Source: a virus. From it: DNA of 42,780 nt. Below are positions 14,542 through 23,300 of this stretch, one piece after another. Numbering within the stretch: position 1 is the stretch's first letter; every line of letters starts with the position of its first letter. Position numbers and translations under genes: made by a program. The stretch is taken from positions 1 to 42,780 of IMG/VR virus record IMGVR_UViG_3300045988_170124. One strand, given 5' to 3'. The notes below the pieces were generated by a model. That model saw only the letters and a program-made list of their open reading frames with translations. It was not told the DNA's origin and did not search any database.

Positions 14542-17222
14542 TGGCAAGCATCCGCACCTATCAGCAGTCCTGCAACGGCGGGGAATTGTCGCCGGAAATG
14601 TACGGACGCGCCGGCGACCCGAAGTATCAGGCCGGACTCGCAAAATGCCGTAATTTCCTCATCGATCCCCGTGGTCCGGCAGAGAACCGACCGGGGTTCG
14701 CTTACGTCAACTACGCCAAATACGCCGACAAACGAGTGAAGCTGATCCCGTTCACATTCTCAACGGATCAATCCATGGTGCTCGAATTCGGAGAAAAGTA
14801 CATCCGCTTTCACACGAACGGGCAAACCTTATTGGGCAGTAACGGCCAGCCGTACGAAGTCGCTACGCCATACAGTGCCGACGATCTTTTCTCGTTGCAT
14901 TATGTTCAATCCGCCGACGTTCTCACCATCGTTCATCCGGCCTATGCACCGAGAGAACTACGCCGCTACAGCGTCGTTGATTGGCGTCTTGTGGAAATCA
15001 ACTTCAAAGGCGCACTGCCCTCACCGGAGGCTCCTACCGTCGTGCAGTCCATCAATGGCGACGTGCAGAATAAAGAGGACTACACCCGGGAATACTGCAT
15101 AACCGCCCTAAAGGCTGACGGCTCAAACGAGTCCGCGGCAGGCCCGTCTACTTCCATCCGTTGCAATCCGTATGGCACCGGCGCTTACAACACCATATCT
15201 TGGAACGCCGTATCCGGCGCAGAACTTTATCGCGTGTATCGCAATCAGGGCGGCGTTTGGTGCTTCATTGGCCAGACGAAAACTCTCAGCATTCGGGACG
15301 AACAAATCGACCCCGACGCATCAATCACCCCGCCTATTTACGACGACCCCTTCGGACAATCCGGCGGCATCACATCGGTCAAAGTCACCAATGGCGGGAG
15401 CGGGTATGGTTTATTGCGAAGCGTTTCATATATTTCGCAAAAAGGACGAATCGTAGGATCAAACGGAAACACCGTATCCGTAAACTTGGACGCGGAAAAT
15501 TTCCATCATGACGACGGGCAAGGTATTCCCTACCCCCCCATAACATCTTCTCAAGTGTTTTACGTTGATGGAACTATCGAAGGCAACGGCTCCGGAGGGA
15601 AAGGGCGCCTAACTTACGTAAACAACAAGCTGACTCAAGGCATGTGGTGGGACGCTTACCTGACGGGCGTTTCCCTCACATCTCGCGGGGAAGGCTATAC
15701 GGAGGGAGCCCAATTTCACGCAAGTTTGGAGTGTGGCTCTAAAGGAGCAAGGTGCGATTACTATTTTCCCGTCGTCTTGGAACCAGCCTCCGCCCCTAAC
15801 GTCTACGTCACCGACGCAACCGGTTCAGGGGCTGAACTTGAGGCCGTCGTCCAGAACGGTGTCATAGTCAGCATCGTAATCAAGAAACCGGGTTCAGGAT
15901 ACACCAATCCTGTCGTTCACATTGACGGCAGTAAATCCGGCGGATCAGGTGCAACAGCCACCGCCACTGTCGGCAAAGCTGGTGACTACCCGAGCGCAGT
16001 AACATACTTCGAACAGCGGCGTTGGTTCGGCGGCACTTACAACCGCCCTAACAACATCTGGGCCACCAAGTCCGGTACCGAGTCTGATATGAGCTACAGC
16101 CTGCCGTCGCAGGATGACGACCGCATCGCTATCCGCGTCGCCGCCCGCGAGGCTAACCGCATTCAGCACTTTGTCCCATTGTCACAACTGATGCTTTTCA
16201 CGGGCGCAGCTGAATGGCGAGTCAGCCCGTTAAACTCTGACGCCATTACGCCAACGTCAATGTCCGTGCGGCCGCAGTCGTATGTCGGCGCAAATTCTGT
16301 GCAACCGTTGGTAATCAACAACGCCTGCGTCTACGCGAGCGCCCGCGGCGGACACCTTCGGGAATGCGGCTACTCGTACGAAGCCGGCGGTTTCGTCACA
16401 AATGACGTTTGTCTCCGGGCAAACCACCTTTTCGACAACCTGGGACCTATCGACCTTTCTTACTCAAAAGCACCGTGGCCGATCATTTGGTGTGTCAGCT
16501 CTGCCGGCAACCTGATTGCGTTCACCTACGTTCCGGAACAATCCGTCGGCGCATTCTCGTCCCTTACCACGGACGGCGTCTTCGAATCGTGCACCGTCGT
16601 TCCGGAAGGCGAAGAAGACGTGCTTTACGTCGTCGTGCGCCGTACGATCAATGGCAACACCCGCCGCTTTATCGAACGGATGCACGAACGCAAATACACC
16701 ACGCTTGAAGAAAGCGTCCACCTGGATTGTTGCGGAACCTATCGCGGCGATGCCAAAGACGAGATTTCCGGACTAACGTGGCTCGAAGGCGCCACCGTTT
16801 CCATCTTGGCCGACGGTTCAGTAGAACCGAATCAAGTGGTGAAAGACGGAAAAATCAAGTTGCAGGAGCCGGCGTCGTTGGTGCATATCGGATTGCCGTA
16901 CACCGCCGACCTTCAGACCTTGCCGATTGCTTTGGCGCTGCAGGACGGTTCTTTCGGCTCAGGCCACATGAAGAACGTTCAGAAGGTTTCCGTACGTCTT
17001 GTCAACACATCAGGACTGCAGACGGGCCCGACGTTCGATAAACTCACAGACTACCCCGCACGCGGCACGGAACTTGCCGGCACGCCGCCGACACCCATCA
17101 CGGGCGAAGTGACGACGCAGGTCAATCCCCGTTGGGGCGACGGCGGACAAATCTGTATCCGGCAAAACCAGCCCTTGCCGATGAAGATTGTCAGCATTAC
17201 GACGCAGTTGGAAATCGTATAG
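14541..17222 (+). CDS. Tail tubular protein B-like / nozzle protein (893 aa)
   Basis: The N-terminus SCNGGELSPEMYGRAGDPKYQAGLAKCRNFLIDPRGPAENRPGF is typical of podophage tubular B-type proteins. I place the start at ATG 14541 (GGGAGG 7 nt upstream, TAATG overlap) rather than 14535. The central region carries three xGxGY motifs. Confidence 0.65.
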   Translation: MASIRTYQQSCNGGELSPEMYGRAGDPKYQAGLAKCRNFLIDPRGPAENRPGFAYVNYAKYADKRVKLIPFTFSTDQSMVLEFGEKYIRFHTNGQTLLGSNGQPYEVATPYSADDLFSLHYVQSADVLTIVHPAYAPRELRRYSVVDWRLVEINFKGALPSPEAPTVVQSINGDVQNKEDYTREYCITALKADGSNESAAGPSTSIRCNPYGTGAYNTISWNAVSGAELYRVYRNQGGVWCFIGQTKTLSIRDEQIDPDASITPPIYDDPFGQSGGITSVKVTNGGSGYGLLRSVSYISQKGRIVGSNGNTVSVNLDAENFHHDDGQGIPYPPITSSQVFYVDGTIEGNGSGGKGRLTYVNNKLTQGMWWDAYLTGVSLTSRGEGYTEGAQFHASLECGSKGARCDYYFPVVLEPASAPNVYVTDATGSGAELEAVVQNGVIVSIVIKKPGSGYTNPVVHIDGSKSGGSGATATATVGKAGDYPSAVTYFEQRRWFGGTYNRPNNIWATKSGTESDMSYSLPSQDDDRIAIRVAAREANRIQHFVPLSQLMLFTGAAEWRVSPLNSDAITPTSMSVRPQSYVGANSVQPLVINNACVYASARGGHLRECGYSYEAGGFVTNDVCLRANHLFDNLGPIDLSYSKAPWPIIWCVSSAGNLIAFTYVPEQSVGAFSSLTTDGVFESCTVVPEGEEDVLYVVVRRTINGNTRRFIERMHERKYTTLEESVHLDCCGTYRGDAKDEISGLTWLEGATVSILADGSVEPNQVVKDGKIKLQEPASLVHIGLPYTADLQTLPIALALQDGSFGSGHMKNVQKVSVRLVNTSGLQTGPTFDKLTDYPARGTELAGTPPTPITGEVTTQVNPRWGDGGQICIRQNQPLPMKIVSITTQLEIV

Positions 17223-17226
17223 GCGC

Positions 17227-17694
17227 TTAACCCCGTATGAGGCCGAACCATTGACCCCATACGGGGTACCACCTGTATAGGGCATAAGGAATAAAGAAGC
17301 ACTCCAGAAACAGCATGATTTTGATGTAACGCCCACTCAGTTTAACAACCCAATCCCGGCGTTCTTCTTCATCAAAATCTTTCGGCCAATTCCGAAGTTT
17401 CAACAAGAACACAATGATGCTGCTCAGAATGAGCCATTGAACAAAAGGCGACACAACCAATTCCCAAGGCGTATAAACTCTGTAGAAAACCGACGGGAGT
17501 ATCGGCAATCCGAAATAGCCTGTTGCTTCCGCCCATAGCTCTATCACCCATTTCATGAGGCATCCCAGCACGACACATAAGGCCGCACTAGCAAAAACAA
17601 CCTCAGGCCCAGTCAGACGCCTTTCAGAATCAAACAATTTCATAACGAGAGCCCCCAGGATAATTGAAATCGCAGTTGTTATAATGACTCCCAT
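17227..17694 (-). CDS. Polytopic inner-membrane protein (155 aa), cargo/moron candidate
   Basis: Four to five hydrophobic segments and a GGAGGA RBS. The gene is AT-richer than its neighbours, convergent with the tubular B gene (stop codons 4 nt apart), and sits upstream of a + strand terminator. Confidence 0.7.
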   Translation of the reverse strand: MGVIITTAISIILGALVMKLFDSERRLTGPEVVFASAALCVVLGCLMKWVIELWAEATGYFGLPILPSVFYRVYTPWELVVSPFVQWLILSSIIVFLLKLRNWPKDFDEEERRDWVVKLSGRYIKIMLFLECFFIPYALYRWYPVWGQWFGLIRG

Positions 17695-17726
17695 ATCCTT
17701 CCTCCAAAGGATGATTAGCGAAGTAA

Positions 17727-17764
17727 ACCCGTCGAAGTTCGCTCCTTCGGCGGGTTTTGTTTTG
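17727..17764 (+). terminator. Intrinsic terminator of the + strand head/tail-tube operon
   Basis: ACCCGTCGAAG-ttcgctc-CTTCGGCGGGT (11 bp, one mismatch) followed by TTTGTTTT. Confidence 0.7.
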
Positions 17765-17769
17765 GCATT

Positions 17770-20340
17770 CTACCTGCGAGGTTGATCCGCCATCCGGGGA
17801 GCACGTTCGGGCAACATCTGTTGCTGAGGCCACCAGTAGTCTTGTCCGTATTGCCGCATCGCCCGGTTGCGCTGACGACGATTGTATCCGGGGGACAGCA
17901 TTTCATTCACGTCGTTCATCACGGCATGATCGACGGCGTGCTTAATCCACCAGACATTAGCGAACGGAGTATTCCCGCGCACCAGCCGCAGCGCCTTTTG
18001 TTGCCACTTTGTATCCTTATCGTACATTGCGGCATCGCGCATACTCATCGCAACATCCCAGGTATCAAACGCAGACCCGGCGACCGGCCCCAGGAAACTG
18101 AGCACATTCGGAGAGCCGTAGGCATTTTCACCGAACACGCCGTTGTAAAGCATGTCGCCAAAGACGCCAAGGCCGCCGCCCTTCATCGCAGCATTGCCCC
18201 AAAAGTCCGCAGTCGTCATATCCTGCATATCTCGGCCAGCAAGGATGTTCGCAGCCTGCAACGACAGCGCGCCGAAGAGCGTCGTGCTAGCTACGATACT
18301 AGCGCCGTACAACATCGCGCCGCCTTTATTGCCGGACATCCATAAATCAGAACCGCGAGACCAGTGTCGCGTCAGCATCGCAAAGGGGAAGGACTTGAAG
18401 AGCATCAACGAACGCCAAAACTCCCCTGCTACCGTCCCGGCTTGTTCGCCACGGTTAGCGCCGGCGCGCGTCGCAAGGTCAGGTTCAAGCGATGCCATGT
18501 AGCTTTCGTCCGACACCATCGAAAGGTAATCGGACACCACCTTGTCCCGTTGAGCGCGGGTAAAGCCGTTCGCCGCAAGATCAGCGTCCGAAATCTTCTC
18601 AATGGCGTCACGCGTCAAAACGTCCACACCCTTGTAGTTTTCTGACTTCGCCAGGCGCAGCAGATTCCAACTATGTTCCGTCATACCGCCGTGCTCCAGC
18701 CGAGCGCGATCATAAGCGCTCAACTCTTTCCAGCCTTTTGACTTTGCGAGCTTTCCTGTCGCAGCCATGTAATTCAAGGCGAAAGCCCGGCGGATACCGT
18801 TCGTCCAAGCACCCAGCAAAGACATCCGAATCGTCGCATCAGCGAGAACGCCTGTCAGACCACTACCGACATTCTCGTCGTACCAGCGGCCAAGCCCCGC
18901 GCACACGTCATCAGCCAAGAACCCCGCACGCGCTGCAAACTCTCGATCTGACCGGCTAAAGGCGGTTATCAGCGAAAACGACGCATTCAACGGGTTGATG
19001 CCGTTCACCGCAAGCGTGACGTAGTACGAGCCAATATCCGAGAACGACGAGATCAACGCGCTACCCAGCTTCCCTGCCACCTGCAGATTCCGGACGCCCT
19101 GACCAACCGCAGCCACCAACCCTGTCCCCGCAGGACGAGCCGCCTCCCCGCTGAGAACCTTCCACATTGCTTCAGTCGAAACGCCGAGAGCGCCATTCAC
19201 ATCACGGTACTTCCAACGACGATCCCAAAGCGTATCCGTTGCCCTCGCGCGTTCCAAATCCTGTCCGGCGATCTGATGCAGCGTCCGGTAGGTATTCGTC
19301 GGATTCGGGCCTAGACTTTCCAACAGCGCAATATCCTTTGACATCGAATTGATGCGGGACGTAATCGTCTGCATCACGCTCCCGGTACCGAACTTCGTCT
19401 CATATTCGATATAGGCTTCAGCACTCTTGAAATGGAGAGCGCGGTGCTGACCATACCTATTTGCACGAGACTTTGAGCCCTGCCCGATAACACGTGAGCC
19501 AAACTGATCCCCGTTGCCGTCGGTGACGAGCGTCGTGTAAACCTTCTGAAGCATTGTGTGAAACTCCTCGTCATTGAGAAGTTCCCCGGTCTCTTCGCTG
19601 ATATACCGACTGCGGTCGAGTTTGTCGGAGATGAAATTTACCCAGGCTTCCATGTTCTGCGCCGGCGTATAGCGCGTGAAACGGTTTCCGGAAATCCGAT
19701 TCGCGGCTTTCACAATCTTGTCGGCATCATGGGACTGCGGCAAAGCCCAATCGGCCAACAAGCCGATATTGCCGCCGGCCCGGTTGAATCGCGTCCGGAG
19801 TTCCGAAAAGACTTTTGAGACGACGGCCGCAGCTTGCTTTGCGACTGGATTTCCCGAATCTTCGCCTCGAAGTTCCTTCACCAAGGCCAGGGCATTCGAC
19901 CGATCTTCGATCAGTCCAAAGAACTTCGGATTGAGCGCCGCCCGCAACTCGGCCGCCATTTGCGAAAAGTACTGCTGACGCACGCCAGTAATCTTCTTGT
20001 AGGTATCCTGCAGAATCCACGCTACCGCACGATAGCCATAAAGTCCTTTATCCGCCAGATTCTTGTATTTCGTCTGATTCTTCTCAGCCTGAACAATCGC
20101 CAGGCGCGCGCGGTACTTCCGCTGAGCCGCTTCGTTTTTCAGGTTTTCCGTCACGCGGGACGCAGCCTCAGCCACAATCTCGTCCAACGTCATCGCCGAA
20201 TATCCCGACGGATCCGCACGGCGCATTTCCGCCATCTGAGAGCGCAGCGCAGGGATGATCCCTTTGGACTCTGCCGGAGTCAAATCGCGCCCTAAAGCGC
20301 CTTTAATTGTGTCCTTACATTCTTGTCTTAAATCAGGCAT
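17770..20340 (-). CDS. Internal virion / DNA-ejection protein (856 aa)
   Basis: It sits in the block of large genes downstream of the portal. The C-terminal third has Gly-rich hydrophobic segments (GGAMLYGASIVASTTLFGALSLQAANILAG, GGGLGVFGDMLYNG), as seen in podophage ejection proteins. Confidence 0.6.
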   Translation of the reverse strand: MPDLRQECKDTIKGALGRDLTPAESKGIIPALRSQMAEMRRADPSGYSAMTLDEIVAEAASRVTENLKNEAAQRKYRARLAIVQAEKNQTKYKNLADKGLYGYRAVAWILQDTYKKITGVRQQYFSQMAAELRAALNPKFFGLIEDRSNALALVKELRGEDSGNPVAKQAAAVVSKVFSELRTRFNRAGGNIGLLADWALPQSHDADKIVKAANRISGNRFTRYTPAQNMEAWVNFISDKLDRSRYISEETGELLNDEEFHTMLQKVYTTLVTDGNGDQFGSRVIGQGSKSRANRYGQHRALHFKSAEAYIEYETKFGTGSVMQTITSRINSMSKDIALLESLGPNPTNTYRTLHQIAGQDLERARATDTLWDRRWKYRDVNGALGVSTEAMWKVLSGEAARPAGTGLVAAVGQGVRNLQVAGKLGSALISSFSDIGSYYVTLAVNGINPLNASFSLITAFSRSDREFAARAGFLADDVCAGLGRWYDENVGSGLTGVLADATIRMSLLGAWTNGIRRAFALNYMAATGKLAKSKGWKELSAYDRARLEHGGMTEHSWNLLRLAKSENYKGVDVLTRDAIEKISDADLAANGFTRAQRDKVVSDYLSMVSDESYMASLEPDLATRAGANRGEQAGTVAGEFWRSLMLFKSFPFAMLTRHWSRGSDLWMSGNKGGAMLYGASIVASTTLFGALSLQAANILAGRDMQDMTTADFWGNAAMKGGGLGVFGDMLYNGVFGENAYGSPNVLSFLGPVAGSAFDTWDVAMSMRDAAMYDKDTKWQQKALRLVRGNTPFANVWWIKHAVDHAVMNDVNEMLSPGYNRRQRNRAMRQYGQDYWWPQQQMLPERAPRMADQPRR

Positions 20341-23300
20341 GAGTTATCCCCCCGTTACGCAAAACGCACATCGCCGCTGTACTCATAACGTTTGCAAATT
20401 TTTCGATACTTTGAGCCTCAGCATCCACCGCAGCCACATACTCCGCCGCCGTCTTTCCGGGCTTTACATCATTGGCATCCGAAACCTCGTCCGGGGTTAG
20501 CTGCATATCCGGCGACTTTTCCAACACCTCGTCAGACCGCCGCATAATGTCCGCCACATCAGCGTCCTCCTTGGGTGCCGCATTCTCTTCCAGCTGCTTT
20601 CCGAGAAGCGCATCCGACACACGGCGCACTACCGCGGCAATGCCGCCCTCTTCCTGAACCTCCGGTTTCGGTTCAGCCTTCGTAATTTCGTGAACCGGCA
20701 TCCCTTCGTCTTTCGGGCGAGCCTCCAATGACTCCGGCATGTGAAGCGACTTCTTCACAGCGTCCTGTCGCCCCTGGAGCATATCGGCATCCATGGGGCC
20801 GTTTACATTAACCTTCTCCCGATTATTCAAGGCGTCCTTTGCCTGTTGTTCGGCAAACAACGAACCCTGCAACGATTGAGCATCCGACCGATCAACCAGT
20901 TGATCGTTTTTCACAACGTTTTCAAACGTCGCATACCGAGCAGCATCCGTCTGTGCCGTCGTCGGCGAGAAGTCCCGCTGCACAGCCGCCAACCGATCCT
21001 CATAGGCGATGTTGCGTTCGAGAATGTCGCGTACCTCATCGGACAGGGCCGGTAAATCCTTTCCGAATCCCTGACGGTAGCGAGAGTTCAAATGCGAACG
21101 AATGTCACGGTAAAGGTCAGTAATCCACTGCCGCATCTTTTCAAAGAGGCCGCGAAGCCCGTCATTCGGCACGCGTCCCGTCGCAAGAAACTCTTCGACC
21201 CATGAGGCGAATTGTTCGTGATACTGCCGCTGACCTTCGGTACCCAGTTTCTCCCATTCGGAAGCATCCTTGATGCCCCACGTATCCATTAGCTTCCGCA
21301 CGTCACGACGCAGGCTCAAATCACTTCCGGGCAGCGTGCTGAGTCTTATGGCATTCGTCAGCCAGAAATGCCCCATTTCATGGGAGAACGTCGTAATGTC
21401 GGCGTTCGGCGTCAGCCGAATGGTATTTGTTTGAGGATTGTAGGAACCACGAATCTCGCCGTTTTCTTTGGCTTCCTGAAGAAATTCTCGGATTTCAATG
21501 GCCTTGTCATCCCAAACGACGGCGCATTCTCCATCTACGCTGTTGGCGTACCTCAAGCCAAGAACGCCCTCATTGCGCAGCGCCTCACTCGCAGCCTTCT
21601 TTGAGCCGAGTTTTTTGGCAAGTTCATTGTAGAGAGCACGTCCTTTCTTCGAACCGTCCACCTCGCCGAGAAGTTTCCGGAACGCCTGCTGCACTGCTTC
21701 GGGCTGCTGATCGATAGTCGAGCCCGCCCGAACCATCACCGAATCTTCCGGAATTTCGGCGTCATAGACTCGCGGATGATCCGGTAACACCTTGTCTAAA
21801 GCGGCCTTAGCTTCAGTTAGCTGAGCCCGCAGACTGTCCGCCGCAGCCACATCCCCGGAATCTTCGGCCGCCGTCAACTCGTGCTGCAGGCGATCTGCTT
21901 CCGCCGACAGTCGGTTATACCGATCCCGAGTATCTTTGGATGCGTTGTAAAGATTCGAGGCGTACTGACGAGCAATATTTTTATCCAAGGAGAAGTACAT
22001 CCCCCAGCCGTACCACTGGGCCCGGGCACCTTCGCCGACGTGATCCAATGAGAACTTATCGAACATGTACGGACTGCCGTGGTAGGCGACCTGATAGAAC
22101 TCGCCGTTCCGAGCATCCATGTTTCGGACGCCGGTTTCGCCGATGATCTGATTGAATTCCTGCGGTTCGTAGTACGCCGCCCCTTCGGCACGATAGGAAT
22201 CATCCACCGAATCAAACGCCCCGCGCTGATCTTCGCGGACAAAACCCTTAAGCAAATCTGATAAACTGACGGTATCAGCAGACGACCACGCAGTAGGCAC
22301 CCCAGCACCGGGGGACTGCGCGGCACCGGGAGGGACATTAGTAGCGTCTGTGGGTGCAAGTGGTGCTATAACCCCCTCCCCGCCTGCGGTTTCAATCTCC
22401 TTCACTTCGACCGCATCAATGCTATGCGTCGCCAGTCTCTCGCCGCCGGCGGAAGGCAAATAATCCCTCACGATTAGCTGGACGCGATAGTTTTTCCCAC
22501 CGTAAGAAGCCGCGGACGCGAACTTGTGGATTCCGCGCACATCAGGGTTTTGATGCTGAGTGTCCGCATGAGATTCAATCAGCTTAGCGTCCGAAACTAT
22601 TTGTTCGAAGTTTTGGACAATGGCATCGTACAAACCAGCGTTCTTCTCTGAGAACTTAAAAGGCGGAAGCGACTTTTTAGCGTCGCCACGAGAACCTGTA
22701 AGAACCCAGCCGCTATCGCCATTCTTCAACCCATCCGACAGTTTTGCAGCCAAGGCATCTATCGCAGCCGTGCGCCCTTCTTCAGGAACGGCGCTCATGT
22801 GAACCACATTGACGGCCTCGTTTTCTCTGCCAATCGTCTGCGGCCCCATGTGCCATTCCTTGCCCTGCGTCACCGGCATAGCGAAGCCATCGGCCGCACT
22901 GGGCACGCCTTCAAGATCGATATTAGGCAGGATTTCCAACGGGTCACGATGAGCCAATTCAGCAAGGCGCATCACGGCGTTCGTCCAAATTCTCGCCTGC
23001 GCTTCCACCTGTTCGGTCTCTTGTCCCGCTGCAGTCAACTTTTCTCGGATAGTGTTGCTGATCTTTTCGCGCGCCTGCGTACGCGTCACCTGCGCCTTAA
23101 TCATATCCAACACGGACGGATCAACCGGAACCCCCGTCAAGTCCTGGAACTCCATCATCAGGTCAGCACGCGTCGGCAAGGGCGATTCGTCGGCGAACAT
23201 CCCCTCAGCCTGCAGCTTATTCGCAAGACTCCAATCCGCCAGCTGAGCGAAAACCTGCGTCGGCGCATTCACCTGATTTCCTACGCCCGACAGGTAATCC

